A DNA stretch of 64,000 bases from Octopus vulgaris (GCA_951406725.2 OX597815.1:84258001-84322000), one strand, 5' to 3'; positions 36,963 to 53,845 are shown, counted from the first letter of the stretch. The notes: generated by a model from the letters alone, not told the origin. Numbers and translations are program-made.

Positions 36963-37491
36963 TAAAAATAAGTGATATGCGTATATACAAAGGGAGACAG
37001 AGCAACAGAGTGACAGAAGGATAGAGATACATATATATGTGTGTGAGTGTGTATATATGTATATATATACATATATATATTTATGTATATATCATACATC
37101 ACATCATAATATGCATAAAATATGTCAAACATAATGTGTTCAACGCGATAATACAAAATTGATAGAATATAATATAACATAATATAAATGAAGATATGCA
37201 TGACACACATAAATTTCAGACTATAATTCACATGAAATACATGACAGATATATTATATTTCACACAAATAAATAGGTAGGAATCATGACATACATATACA
37301 TATAATAAACACTACACAATTGCTATATAGCATGTTTAATAAATTTCGCATCCTAGAAGAACATCCAAAACATAATCAGTTTCATACTAAAATATATTGA
37401 AAATAAATACTACCAGATATAGATTTTGCATGATGATGTGCGTAAAATACATGACAAGTACCATAAATCTTATGATGTGATATATGTAAAT

Positions 37492-37554
<63 letters not shown>

Positions 37555-37725
37555 GTATATATATATATATGTACGTATGTATGTATTTATGCATGTATGT
37601 CTGTCTGTATATATATAAAATATATATGTGTGTGTGTATGTGTGTGCAAATATATACGAAAATATATTTATAATATATATTATATGCATATATATATTTA
37701 CACACACACACACACATATCTATAC

Positions 37726-37767
<42 letters not shown>

Positions 37768-37937
37768 TTAACGTAAAATATCAAACATTATTCTCGAGTA
37801 GGAAAACATAGAGATCTAATGGATACAAATTACTTTCTTAATCAATCAACATATTCATCAACAATTCTTTCATTTCACAAACAAAATTAAAATTACAACA
37901 CATATATAAATAATAATTTTGCATTTTAGATACCTTG

Positions 37938-38137
37938 GATGGAAAATCATCAGGGTGTACAAAGGCCATAGGGATTACATTCGGATACGTTTGTCATACA
38001 CAGACTATATACACATGTTTATTATGCAGACATGTTTATTTTACGCACATAATAAACATGTCTATATACTATGTGTATTCCAAACGTATCCGAATGGAAT
38101 CCTTATTGTCTTTGTACACCCTGATGATTTTCCAATC
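37938..38137. repeat. Fold-back inverted repeat, ~90-bp arms
   Basis: GGAAAATCATCAGGGTGTACAAAG...CATGTTTATTATG / CATAATAAACATG...CTTTGTACACCCTGATGATTTTCC. Confidence 0.9.
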
Positions 38138-38296
38138 TGACAACTCCACTAGAGTGGACGCAAGCGCTAATATATGGTTTATAAAAACATGGGACATCTT
38201 AATAAATATCTGTAAATATAAAACCATCATGATTTCTGAGTACCTTATTTCTTCTAATATATACTACCTGTAAATCATCTCCAAACCTTCTAATAC

Positions 38297-38332
<36 letters not shown>

Positions 38333-38420
38333 GTAGGTATATGTATATTTATATATATATATAATATGATATATGTAAATATGTAAATATATATATCACA
38401 CCTCTTTAATTCCTTCTCTC

Positions 38421-38475
<55 letters not shown>

Positions 38476-39229
38476 CCTCATGTGACCTGCTGAATAAACA
38501 ACCATTTTGTTGGTGACCGCTGCCGAAAAGGCAATTTTTCCCGTCTGCCGAAAAGGCAATTTTTCCAAACACGCCTGCTAGATAAGTTAAATTTGTCTAA
38601 AGTCGTAAGACACCTGCTGTTATCCTGTTATTACCATTCTTGTTTTTATTTTTATTTTTGTTTTTGTTTTTTGTATTTATATTCGTGTGGCTTCGTCCGT
38701 TTTTCTGTCCTTGTTTCGTTTACATTCGCTCCTTTTTCCAAGAAATCTAATGCTCGCAGCTTAGTTTTTCATTGGGGCTGGCCGTGTCGGAGCAATATCA
38801 GGATTAATCAGCCGAAATTTACAATGATGATCCGGTTTCTGACTGAAGATTAAAGGCTTCGAATGACCCGTCCGTTTTTTGTGTTCGTCCCTTTGTGTAT
38901 TTCACGTTCTTGTTTCTTTATATACAATGTTTATACCCATATATATATAGATATATGTATACGTAGTTGCACAAATTTCACAGTGTATTGTAAAGAACCA
39001 TGAAATGCATAAGCAATTGTTCGTTCATAATTTACAAAAATATGCATAATGTATATACATTTCACGCAGTAACATACATAAAATACATGATGTACGTTAT
39101 ATACGTTTACATTTTACTATGCATGTGTTAGATGACATGTATAAGATGCATATAAAACATGTATACGTATATATATATATATATATTTGTGTGTGTGTGC
39201 ATTATCATATTAACAGCATTATAACCGCC

Positions 39230-39538
39230 ACCCTATTCACCACATCCAGCATTATCGCCATCACCACCATCATCATCGTCATCATAGTCAATATTATCTA
39301 CATTAACAACAACAACAACAAGAGCCACAGCAGCAGCAGCAGCAGCAACAGCAACAAGGAAAGCAGCAACGCCATTATCACTGCCATCATCACATGCAGC
39401 AACATCAGCAATAGCTATCATATCGTCGTCATTATCACAAAGAGCAGCTGCAGCAGCAGCAGGAACACTTGAATTATCTTCCTAATAACAGCTACCACCA
39501 CCACGTCAATCACCACCGCTGCCGTCGTCGTCACTATC

Positions 39539-39585
<47 letters not shown>

Positions 39586-40184
39586 TATCATCACCACCAC
39601 TACCGCCACTACCATCCTACTGGTTTCACTATAAACATCGTCATCATCCTCATCATCGTGGTCGCCATCGTCACTACCACCACCACTAACACCACTACCA
39701 TCATCATACTGGTTTTCACTCTAACCATCATCATCATCATCATCATCATCATCGTTATCATTATCATCATCATCATCATTATCCTCATCATCATCATTAT
39801 TATCACCACTATCATCATCATCGTCATCATCGTCATCATCGTCAGCAGCAGCAGCATCATCAATTCATCAGTTAAATGTGCCACAGCTGCTACATAATCA
39901 ATGTCATCATCATCATCAGCGTCATCATCTTCCACAAGAGGAACAACAACGCTCTTATTACCGTTATCATCAGTACCAACATCATCATCATCATCATCAT
40001 GATAGTCAATATCACATCAGCATTAGCATCTACAACAAAATATTAGAAACAGAAAACATTGTAAAAAAAAAGAAAACAGAGGAAAAAGAAGGGGAAGCGA
40101 AGTCATTTGCATTATTTCTGACATCACTGTTTTCATCAGAAGCCGTAATTGCTTCACCTTCAGTCGCGTCGTCATCGTCATCAA

Positions 40185-40226
<42 letters not shown>

Positions 40227-40261
40227 GATTATCATCACTACCACCATCATCGTCATCATCG

Positions 40262-40292
<31 letters not shown>

Positions 40293-40435
40293 AATCATCA
40301 CCATTATCATCATCACCTACATTACCTTCATCATCATCATCATCATCATCATCCCCATCATCACCTTCATCGCCATCATCATCAATCACAACCACCTCCG
40401 CCACCACCACCATCTTCATCAATATCATCATCATC

Positions 40436-40467
<32 letters not shown>

Positions 40468-40783
40468 CATCGACATCATCTCCTTCGTCACCTCATCATC
40501 AGCACCATCATCACCACCATCATCATCATCATCATCATCTTTTCTGATTCCACAGCCCATAATAATGCTATTTTTGCTGACATAAATTTCCTAGTATTTT
40601 CTTATCTCTTATCATTACTTCGCAAACAATTTTTCTTTTGCTTCTCTATTATCTTCTTCTTCTTCGGCTCTTTCCACTTCTTTTTCTCATTGTCATTCCC
40701 TTTCTTTTATTCCAGCTTCTTCTTCTTCTTCTTCTTTTCTTTCTTTTTCTTCTTCTTCTTTTTTTCTTTCTTCTTCTTCTTCT

Positions 40784-40817
<34 letters not shown>

Positions 40818-40931
40818 TTTTTCTTCTCCTCCATCTTTTTCCTTCTTTCCTTCTTCCTCTTCGTCTCCTTGACCTTCACATCCTCCGCCACCTTCTCTTA
40901 TATTCCTTTTCCCGCCCATTCTGCAACCACC

Positions 40932-40987
<56 letters not shown>

Positions 40988-41055
40988 CACTTCTACTGCT
41001 TCTAGTACTATTTTTTACAATTACTACTACTACTTTTACCACTGCTCCTGCTACT
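39230..41055. repeat. Trinucleotide low-complexity block, (CAT)n, (TTC)n, (CTA)n
   Basis: Direct reading. Confidence 0.95.
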
Positions 41056-41431
41056 AATATTAATATTATGAATGTTACTCCTACTGCAAATTGGCAGCCA
41101 CCTTGTCGAACTCAATGTCTTGTGGCATTTGTTCTGGTTCATTACGTTCGGTGTTCAAATCCCACTGAGGTAGGTATTATTTCTGTGCTTAATAATAATT
41201 AAAAAAATTATCGAATCCTGAGATCGATTTACTTGATTAACGTCCTCATCTTCCCAAATTTCTGGCATCGCGCGTTGGACAACTTCGGAGTTCATATCCC
41301 GCTGAAGAGAAATTTGTCTCTTATCTCTCAAACCTCAATGAAATAAATTACCTTTCAAAGACTGGAGTCGATGCTGTCCTCCCCATTCAAAACTGTTGTC
41401 CTTATGCATAAATTATTATTATTATTATTAT

Positions 41432-42050
41432 ATGTTTGGCTTCTGCTTTGTATTTGTGCAAATTTTCTCCAAGTCTCACCTATAGACCTCGAGAGCCATG
41501 GTGGCTCTTTCTATTCCCTCTTTCTTTACGATCCTGAAATCAAACAGGCATGAAGTAAGCATCTTCGCCTTTCCTTATCTATAAGTGTAATATCTGGTCT
41601 ATTATTTTCTATCTTCTCGTCCGTTTGAATAAGAAAGTCCCACAAAATCTTACATTTCTCCGACTTAAGTATTCTTTCGACTCGATGATTGTACCATGTG
41701 TGTCCAGCTTCAAATCGCCATTTCTGGCTCAGTTTCCAGTGTAAAAGGTTTACAACCTGGTCGTGCTTCCATTTCTTATATACTTCCTGTGCCAACTTGC
41801 GACATTCTGCCACAATGTGTGCCACTGTCTCCTTCCAAGTTCCAAAGGCTGAACATTTTTCTGACACATACTCTCCTTATATGTTTTTTCTCAAGTTGTT
41901 TGTTTTCATCGCTTGATCAGGGACTGCTGCAATTAGGCTCTCTGTTTTTTTTTTTTTAATTGCCCCTTTTTTTAACCAAGCTCAGGATTTTGTTCCACAT
42001 ACGTCCTCAGTGTCTCACTATGATTAGCCATGCAGAGGTTTCTCTTCGAT
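41432..42050 (-). mobile_element. R4/Dong-like non-LTR 3' fragment (CCHC + restriction-like endonuclease)
   Basis: ORF 41526-41867 C...ETVAHIVAEC...HDQV...ILWDF.IQTD...RPDI; (TAA)n tail at 41412-41431. Confidence 0.8.
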
Positions 42051-42366
42051 ATCTCTTTGTATTTCATTTGATTCCCTTTCTCCTATTACGCACTTCATCA
42101 CCTGTTCTTTATAAGCTGTTTTTAGTAGCTTTTTCCGTGGTACTCTGTAAATACTCTACTAGACTTTTATCTGACCATTTCCTTTTCCCAACTCGAAAGC
42201 AATTTTAGCTTTTAATAGTACCGTAGTAAGCAGTGTCATAGCCAATACGAATAGTAATGGAGATAAGCTGTCACCTTGGAATATTATACGTCTGGTGTTC
42301 ATTTTTCCGAGTTGTTGTTTTCCTCCGATCAGTTGAATATTTCATACTTTCACTATTATTATTATT

Positions 42367-42903
42367 GAAGAGAGCAGCGTATGTCATCGAAATGACACTG
42401 GGGTAAAATATACGAAGCCTAGTACACCCATCATGACTACCCGTCTGATAAGGGTACGCCAGGCACATACGTCACAACCATATGTTGGCGACATGGTGAT
42501 TTCATATCAAGATAAACAGTACATGAACTTGCAGGTGGGACCCAATTAGAATTTTCTTCACGTCGAGTAGCCCATCCCGCTCAAAAGGTCCTTGAATAAA
42601 GGTTGTTTAAGGATGTTGAACGAAACACTCACTTTTCTAGAGGTGAATTATCCAAACCCCAAAGAACTCCTCTCAACACATGGCTATGATGCTCCCCCAC
42701 TATTTCTGCTCGTGATCAGAGATGCACATATCGTCAGCCACTAAGGGACATGGTCAACAGGTTAAGGTCAAACAACTCTCAAGCAAATCTGTGATACTGA
42801 GCAGAATATTTGCTGTAGCCTGTCATTTATACCAAGACAAAGCATATACATGATAACACTTCCAATCAATTAAGATCAGATGCCCTGAAAACCACTGCCT
42901 GAT
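42367..42903 (-). mobile_element. Non-coding ~540-bp element bounded by (TAA)n (SINE-like)
   Basis: Complex non-coding segment sharply flanked by TTA repeats on both sides; strand inferred from neighbours. Confidence 0.55.
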
Positions 42904-42932
42904 AATTATTGTTATTATTATTATTATTATTA

Positions 42933-42987
<55 letters not shown>

Positions 42988-43015
42988 CATCATCATCATC
43001 ATCATTATCATTATT

Positions 43016-44264
<1,249 letters not shown>

Positions 44265-44267
<3 letters not shown>

Positions 44268-46218
44268 TAGTTTTACTTTTATAACATGCTTTCACTTCAC
44301 TATCGAGCGCAGCTCTGTGTGCCTGCCTTGGGTATGTGCTGTGGGTTGCTGTGATGCTCTTATGGTTACTGTATTGAAAGTGTTTTGCGTAGGATATGTG
44401 CAGTGCCCAGTAGAGCAATTTTCTGTATGTTATATATATTTGTAAGTCCTGGCGTTTTTGTTATGTATTTGTCTGAATATTTTTTTATCATGCCTAATGC
44501 ACCTACTATGATAGGAATTGTTTCTGTTTTCAGATTCCACATTCTAGTTACCTCTATTTCCAGGTCTTTGTATTTTGAGAGTTTCTCCATTTCTTTTAGA
44601 GACACGTTGTCATCAGCCGGTATTGATACATCAATTAGAAAGCATTTTTTTCTTCATGATCTCTGACAACTATATCTGGTCTGTTGGCCTTAATTTCTCT
44701 ATCTGTGTGTATCGGCATATCCCAGAGTATGGTTGCTTTCTCGTTTTCTGTGACCTTTTCTGGTGTGTGCCTATACCATCTTTTTTCTGTTGTTATTCCA
44801 TAATGTTGGCATAGCTTCCAATGTATGTAGGTTCCAACTCTGTCATGTCAGTGAATATATTCCTTCTTAGCCAAGACTGGGCAGCTAGAGATAATATGAT
44901 TTATTGTTTCTTGTCCATCTCCACATATTCTGCAGTTACTTGTAATATTTCTTTTCATTACATGTTTTTGGTAATTTCTGGTGGGGAGGCTTTGGTCTTG
45001 TGCTGCAATTAAAAATCCCTCTGTTTCTGCTTTGAGTCCTGAGCTTCTCAACCATTGCTGGGATTTTTCTTTGTCTATTTCTTTTGCGTTAATTTAGTCC
45101 AGTATTTACCATGAATGGGCTTTTCTTGCCATCGTTTTATCATGGTTCGTTGCTGTTCTATTTTTAGTTTGGATTTCATTTGTTTTATAGCTTTTGTTGT
45201 TTCTTCATCTTCTTCTTCTTCTTCATGTTTATTAGGTGGTATGATTTCTTGTTTGTATTTGTCAGCTTCCTTAAATACTGAGAACAGTTTTTTGTTTTGC
45301 TCGTGTTTTGCTGCTATCTGGATCAGTTTTCCTTCCTTCTGAAGTAGATATTTTTGCAGTCCTATGGTGGTTATTTTATAGTAGTTTTCCAGCTGTATAA
45401 AGCCTCTACCACCTTCTATACGTTGTATATATAGTCTTTCTATGTCAGATTTTGGGTGATGCATCCTAGATCCTGTCATTATTTTTCTTGTTTTCCTATC
45501 TATTTTGGTCAGTCCATTTCGTGTCCAGTTAAGGATATTGTAGCTGTAACTTATAACTGGGACAGCTAAAGTGTTGATACCTATTATCTTGTTTTTAGCA
45601 TTGAGCTCTGTGTTTAGTATTGATCTAACTCGTCTATAATATTCTTTTTTTATTTTCTCTTTCATTTGTGTGTGTTGTGTCTTATCTAGTTCATGGATTC
45701 CTAAGTATTTGTAAGTTTGGCTTTGGTCTAATTCTTTTATTTCATTGGTTTTATCTAGTGTGATGTTGTTACTCTTAACTAGTTTTCCTCTTTTCAGGGT
45801 TACTTTGGCGCATTTTTCTAATCCAAATTTCATATCTATTTCTTTGGTAAATCCATGAACTGTCTTTAGTAGTGTTTCCAGCTGTTTGTCATTTGCAGCG
45901 TATAGTTTTAGGTCATCCATATATAAAAGGTGGCTGATCGTTTTGCCGTAACATTTATATCCGCATCCAGTTCTATTTAGCATATCAGATAGAGGTGACA
46001 GTGCCAAGCAGAAAAGGAGTGGAGCGAGCGTGTCTCCCTCGAATATTCCTCTTCTAATGGGGATGTCTTTGGTTTTCATGAGTCCCTCTTTTGTTTGGAG
46101 GTGTAGGACTGTTTGCCATTTATTCATAGAGTGCTCTATGAATTTTATGATTGTTGGTGCTACTTTGTTAATGGCTAGTGTTTCGAGGATCCATGTGTGG
46201 GGGATGCTATCAAACGCC

Positions 46219-46220
<2 letters not shown>
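44265..46220 (-). mobile_element. 5'-truncated R4/Dong-like non-LTR retrotransposon (RT, CCHC, RLE)
   Basis: KAFDSIPH, GIFEGDTLAPLLF, HLLYMDDLKL, YKYLG, GGRG, CRIC...ETINHIISSC, RPD, KYKDL; frameshift at ~45075 and a stop at ~44848; (TTA)n on both sides. Confidence 0.95.
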
Positions 46221-46277
<57 letters not shown>

Positions 46278-46792
46278 TCCATGTAAATTTTGTGCTTTAT
46301 GAATTTTTATTTTCACTTTGTGTAATTTCTTTGTCCCACTCCAAAAACTAATTTTCAAGGACAATACCTCTAGTAATTACAGAAGCATCCCTATAACCTG
46401 GAATATAATGGACACTGCACCTCACATAACAATGATGCATAAGGTGCTTTATGTATAATGTCAAAACATTCTCCTAGGAACGACGGTCACAAAACGGAAG
46501 GAATGACATATCAAGCCTTGGCAAAATTTCAAATTTGCCAGCAAAATTTCAATGATTGTTATACTTTCTCATTAGACCACCTCTTGATCAAAAGAATATT
46601 GCAACTGAGAAAATAAGTAGTTAAAATCTTGTCTTGACTTCCATGAGGGCTCACAAATTTCAATCGCTGTTCATGCAGTCTGCGATAGCATTGCGATCGG
46701 TGAAGTAGATACACGAGAACAAAGGAAACAAGTATAAACAAATCGAACAAGATCAGGAAGTATATAATTACGTTGAGTGGAGTAAACATGAG

Positions 46793-46828
46793 AAGTTAAG
46801 GTTTCGGGCAATGGACCCTTGTCAACCT
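46793..46828 (-). ncRNA. Minimal hammerhead-like motif with UUGACAA core
   Basis: Minus strand AGG-TTGACAA-GGG tccattg CCC-GAAA-CCTTA-ACTT; stems I and III weak. Confidence 0.35.
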
Positions 46829-47058
46829 GATAAATATAGGAAAGGAAACAAATGATAGCACCGAGTTAAGTAAAAGATTATGCTGATTTAACTGAAGCAG
46901 TATGGGAAATGAAAGAACGGATGTGGGTAGAACGGAAATGTTTGGAATTGTGTTTTGCAGCCATAAGATCGAGAGCTGAAGTCATAAGTGAGATATGAAA
47001 GGAAGGTTCCAGGAATCGTATGGGAATATTATGCATTTGTGTATGCAAGAAAGGAACT

Positions 47059-47106
<48 letters not shown>

Positions 47107-47957
47107 GTGTGTGCGTGCATGCGTGCGAATGCGTGTATGTGTGTGTTTGCCTGTGCATGGCTTGCAAGTGTGTATATGTGTGTCTTTAGGGAACAGAAAT
47201 ATATGTAGTATACCGCTGTCAGTGATGTCAAAAGAGGACAATTAAGTGAATCTGTGTGTGTGTGTGTGTGTGTCTGTGTCTCTGTGTGTGTGTATGTGCG
47301 TGCGCGTGAATGTATGTGTGTGCAATCATGTGGCGGATGTACATTGTTGTTTTAGTGTCGTAGAGGGTTGATATACATTGTGTGTTAGTATGAAGGAAGT
47401 GTGAAGTGGACGTGAAAGCGATTATAGAGGATTGGAGAGGTTAAGTTTTAAGAAAAGAAAGTATTTTTAGATAGCAACTCCAGCATTAATCGTGCTTGGT
47501 TTAGATGTGTTTACGCAGGAAGTTATTTATTATTCACGATATATCAAGAACAACAAATGCGATTCATGTGAAATGCAGATATCTCTACTGGGATTAATTA
47601 TGGAGTTGCCTTCCTCTAAAATCTTTTAGCTATCCTACAGAAAGCAATCAGCTTAAAGCTATTTACAAATCATATTTTGAAAGCGAGTGCTGATTTCATA
47701 TATTTGCATCTAGTTGATGACAGCTATAACCATAAGATGGCAGCTTGTTCTGTTCAAATGAACGGTTTTGAGGTCTAATGGTCGGGGGTTTTGTTTCACT
47801 ATCGTAAGTTCGTGCATTCGATTTCTGGTTTGGCCAGCCCATTGTGTTCTGGAACAAGGAATTTGAATTCCCGTTGCCCTAGTTCACTCAACAGAAAATG
47901 AACTCTAGCTGATAGTTAATGCAGTTCCCTTTCTCTCTCTTCTCTCTCTCTCTCTAC

Positions 47958-48007
<50 letters not shown>

Positions 48008-50241
48008 GTCTATATCTATATATCTATCAATATCCAGCTGTCATATCCTTGATGTTACACTTTATCGATCGTAGGTTAGCCGAAAGGTTTTCCATGTTTA
48101 CCCGCGACTACATATTCACCTGAAACAATTACCGAAAGTCTGGTACCATTACCAGATCATACTCACTTGCGGATAAGCTCCACCTATACAACGAGGTTAA
48201 TATTTGTTTGCTTATTCATGATGCAAATTTATTTACAGTTTATCCATACACCCGCCTATTCAGGAAGTTAAGGATTCTCTCATTCCATTTTTATAAGGAA
48301 CTATTTCTATAAGACGAACATGAAATGAATGGAGATACTTGATACGATGGTATTAACTAAAATTACTCAAGATATTCAGGAGTTCGATACAGATTTATTA
48401 AATGTTGGCATGCAAACATATTCATAAGTTATCGACACACACATACTTGTACTATCGGTGTATTAGACATTTTATTGTAATACATAAGTGTGTGTAGAAA
48501 TCAATATTTTCTGCTGTCAGTTATATCGCCTCTAAAAGTGGTGTACCTCAAGCTGCCGTCCTGCAACAACTATTATTCATAATCTGGCTATTAGGCATAA
48601 GGTAATAGTATCTCTCCAACAATCTAACGACTTATGCCGATAACACAAAACTAAACGATGGCAATGAAAACTGTGGAACATAATGATATATTTCTGAATA
48701 ACCTGCTCTATCAATGAGCTGATAAAAAGAAAATGAAGATTAGTGCATTGACGTTTCAGTTTCTTAAAATCACAGTCAGTACAATTTTTTGTTATCAGAA
48801 AGAATAACAGTTCGAATCCCTTATGAGACCTCAGAATAATTGTGTCAGATCATGAATCATTCTTCAGATACATAAACAAGCTGATCTCTGAATGCAAACA
48901 TCTCACAGGATAGACATCACAAACTTTCATCGCAAAAGAGCAGGGGTTATTTTTGTGAAGATTAAATTACTTTTCACAGCTTTTGTCCCCACACAAACGC
49001 GGTCTTATAAAAGAAAATTGAGGAGGTATAGAAAACGCTCACTAGTAAATTTTTGCCTTGTTGAACGATGCAAGGAAATGATCATTATAAATTTTGGATG
49101 GTCATGTTCTAAATTGCGGCATTTATTAATACACAAAATATTAATACACAAAGTGGTAGGAAGCACCAGCTTCCACATACACCACATTTTCAACCAGGAA
49201 GCAAAGTTATACTAATTCACGAATCTGATACTTATAGGCCTTAAATATCCATCTACCTATTTAACGAGATTAGAAATATAAAAGGTGTCTCTAGTGTAAA
49301 AATTTTTTTTTTAAAGTTGGACAAAATTCTAGCTTGAATATAGAAATGGCCTATTACATAGGCTAATGCTGATAGAAGGACAGCTACTCCAAACTTAATT
49401 ATTCATCGACTTCCAGTCATAAACATACAATAAAACAGAAAATTTAGTTAAAAAATATTAAAGACGGCGCTTCAGCATGGGCATGGCCGCAGTCCACTTA
49501 CTGCAACAGAAAAAGAATAAAAGAGTAACGGAATATAAGCTTATTATAGGTGTGCGTTTACATAAGTACATCTGTTTACGTGTATATACGTAAATGCATT
49601 TATCTATATTTATGTATATACATGTGTCAGTGTACATACATATATATTTTTTGGCCACGTAATGACACACGTACTTTTCTCTAGACTACTTACTACTTCC
49701 TCCTTTCCTTCCTCTCTAGACATGTTCCTCTTTCCTTCAAAGCGCCATGCTCGAAACGTCATTTCCACTCCTATTTTTCATTCTAAAAGTTTCATCGAGT
49801 GTTGATGAAATATTAATATCTTAATTGTGTACGTCTAATTGACTTTTATTGCTTTTCCTTTTTTTACATTTTTGATTTGTCTCTCTCTCTCTCTCTCTCT
49901 TTCTCTCTCCATCTCTCTCCCTTACCACCTCTCTCTCTCCCTATATATATATGCACACATACATACATACATACATGTACACACACGCTCGCATGCACAA
50001 ACATGTACACACATGCACACACACGCACATGCATATACATTTATACATTATATACATACATACAAACATACACATATATATATATATATGTGTGTTTGTG
50101 TATGTGTGTGTGTATTTAGGTATGTATGTATATAATTATACATATATATATACATATATACACATATATATGTATGTATATTTCTGTATGTGTGTGTATG
50201 TAGGTATGCATGTATGTGTGTAATTATTTATATATATATTT

Positions 50242-50304
<63 letters not shown>

Positions 50305-53300
50305 TGGATATACATGCATATATATGAATATTGAATTCCAACACATTCACGTAAACCATTAATTATAAATTTCTTGTTTTGCTATTTCTCAGCTGTTTTC
50401 GCCTGTATTTGGCAGAGACTAGATTGTGGGTTTTCGAAGAAAAATGAAAATTGTATTGTTAAACTACATAAATTCTCAGCATTCATAATTTAATATCTAT
50501 CTGTATCTCATGAACATATTAAAATTTATCTCGTTTCTTGTCAGCTTTTCGATAAGTATTATTAAGAAACATAATCACTTATAACGTGTTAAATGATATA
50601 TTTCGTGTTGTTTTGTTCTATATGGAAGTTATTTAAAACTAGTGCCAAAATAAACACAAACGAACACAGAAACTAAGACCTATTTGCAGACATACAGATA
50701 AAAGTCAAATCTTAATGAATGTTATTCATCGTTACCGAATGTGGAGAAATGAAGTTTCAGATTTTTAGGAATTTGTGAAATCAGAATTATTACCTTCATG
50801 TCTATATTTATTTTTGTATACATTCACTTATGTATTTATGAATTATTATTTATTTATTTATTTATTTAATGCAGACTTTCCTAGCGTAAGGCAATATGAA
50901 ACTTCACCCAGCTTGGTTCGAGTTAATCTTTCCCCTTTACATTTATTACTTTACAGTAATACACTGAGATGACGCTTATTAAACAACTAGGTTTTCGATT
51001 ACAAAGTTGAGGTTCGATTTCCGGTTCGAGAGCGAACCTTTTATGTCAATTTCCGAGCACTTTACTGCCGTTCACACAGAACGCAAAAAAGGATTATCAA
51101 GACTGACAGAAAGACCAGTCGGTGCCAAGTTAGCGCGGAAGGGTTAACTTGTCATTCGCAGGACCGCGACGAGGAATGCGTAATCAATGGACTGCTATAG
51201 TCTGTCTTTACTCTGTTTTACTCTGAAATCATCCTTCACTGAGTAGCTATCATGCTGGGAGTGAAGCAATATGAATTGGACAAATATGAATTATGATAGT
51301 TTTGTTGATCCAGAGGTGATGTATGAGAAAATCTGTTTTGGGGTTCATTAGAACGAAACCAGCTATCATCGATTAGTCCTATCATCATCTTGTATTTTGA
51401 CTGAAACATAACGTACCTATTAGTACATATCTAGTGATTTCATTCTATTCAGCAAGGTAAAGTGTAAATTTTGGGCAATTTAGCTATTATTTCAAGGATA
51501 TAATCATCTTTATAGATTAGTTCTAACGACCACATCGTTGACTTTGGTTTCCTTTTAGATGTGGCTTTTGTCAATATCTGAACCCAGGATATCTGAGTAT
51601 CCTAGGTTTGGCTTTTTATTACACATTACGCACTATTTACCACCTAACTATATTATATTGATTTAATGATAAACGTATTTGCATGTGGTTGACCTGTTAG
51701 AAATAGTAGTTGACTTTTGCTAAGGAAGAACCTCCTATCGTCTTAGACAACACTGGAGACAGTGTGAATTATAAAATGTTGAATACATTATGTCTGATAA
51801 TAAATGAAGAATCCTATCCGTTCCAGCTGTGTCTTTTTCTGCCATCGGATATTTGTCTGATCTATGACGGTAGAACGACAGAATATGGAATGAAATAAAT
51901 CTAGAAAATAAGCTTCTTAGTTTTTCTCCTGCATAATATCGTCGTTGTGCGGAAGAGGGCTAATTATCAAGTGAGCCGAGTTTAGAACTCTATTGTTTAT
52001 TATGGCTCCAACTTTGAAGAGAAGAAAAGAAAAAACATTACCAGCCACAGCGGGATTTCAGTTCGCTGAATATCGCCAGAAACTTCAACGTGTGACTAAA
52101 ATACATATTGTATATCACTAAGGATATTTGACACTTTGTTCAATCTCTAGTACATTTGTAGCGAGAAGTGAGTGGGTGTTTATCTGCATAAAAATTGAGA
52201 AGTGAACACAGGTCTGTATTCAATCACAGGCACTACTGTATATATCTGGTCAAGATGCTTCGCTGCTAACTGTCTAATTAGATTCGCCAATATATAAACA
52301 GGTTCAACAGATTAATGCAAGTATCATCTACAGAACAGTAAAAATGAACAAATGCACATTGTTGAGTTGATCAAATGCTACCGTATTTGATAAAAGAATA
52401 TATTAAACGAATTGATATTTCATTTAATTAATATAAACAATAGTTTGTAATGTTTCACCAAAAAGGAGAACTACAAATGTCACTAAATGTGACTAGGGTG
52501 TTAGGAAACATCTACATTGCTAGAAATAAGATCTAAATCGCTTTAATGGTGTAGTTAACGCACATGAACGAAAACATATGCACTAACAGGGACCATAATC
52601 GTCCGAAAAATGACGATCTAGAATTCTTAACATTGACGCATCCGTTTCGGCTCTTTCCGGACTCGCTTTGCCATTAGTAATTATATTTTCGTCATCTAAT
52701 TAATTGGATAATTTAACGATTCTCTAATGTGTATATAGTCGAGCAGTCTTAACTAATGAGCCAACGGAAATTACTGAAACTAATGCTCCAGTAAATATGT
52801 GTGTGTGTGTGTGTGTGTTATACATATATAATATACAAACTTCCACACATACAGGTATATAAATCTTATATGTATAAATTTATATTATGCACGCACGTAC
52901 ACAGGCATATTATTTGCCAAATTTTTCGTGCAGGTGTCGACATACAGAAACTGAATTGAAAATCAGCACCAGTTATCTGACCTATTTTGTAAACCATTTG
53001 GTCTACAATGTCATCCATATTACACCCCCACTTCTAAACAATGGGTACTTCATAAGGATTCACGGTGTTTTTAGGTGGAGTGTTGTGAGTGGTACATTTA
53101 CGGTATTAGTTTCCCACAGATTTTGATTTATATTTAATGTAATGACGCCAGGAAGAGAGAAGGTAAAGACGATTTCACAAAAATTTGAACTGTAAAATCA
53201 CAAATGTATAAATAAATACAAGGCATACTTTGCACTTCCCAAAAAATTCTAGTAATCCACATACCTTCTGCAGTTAATTAATAACAGTACAGCTCCCAGT

Positions 53301-53784
53301 GTTTTCCAAAAGAGTATACATGGATTCTTGGTATCGAAACAGACTATTAGGCACCTATATAGATGCGCCATCTTTTTGCTTATTCTGACACACATTATTT
53401 TGATAAAATGGTTTTCTTTATAATCTATTTAGCAGTAATATTATGTGTCATTCTATATATATTTTCAGTTAATCGCTAACACAAGTCTAGGATTATAAAT
53501 TTGAAACCATTTTTTATTCTTTTTTCTCAGTTTATTTTTTTATATAGCCGTTACATATTATTAATGGCTTATATTAATCTTGAGATTTCTAAGATTATTT
53601 TCGTTCTTACATTTTGAAGAGATCCATCCACTAGATAATATGGCGGCATTTTTGTTGCCTGTACGCATTCATGCTCACACTTTTAATCCCCATTAGGTTC
53701 AACGGGCGTTTGTTTATTACAAGAAATTAATTCCTAAAATATTCGTTAGTTTCTTATGCATATATATAAATGCATTTATGTAAG

Positions 53785-53842
<58 letters not shown>

Positions 53843-53845
53843 TAA

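Noticed and set aside
46220-46364. N-terminus of the 429-aa ORF (poly-N)
   Set aside because: Read-through from flank and (TAA)n into a 5'-truncated RT; not a real start.
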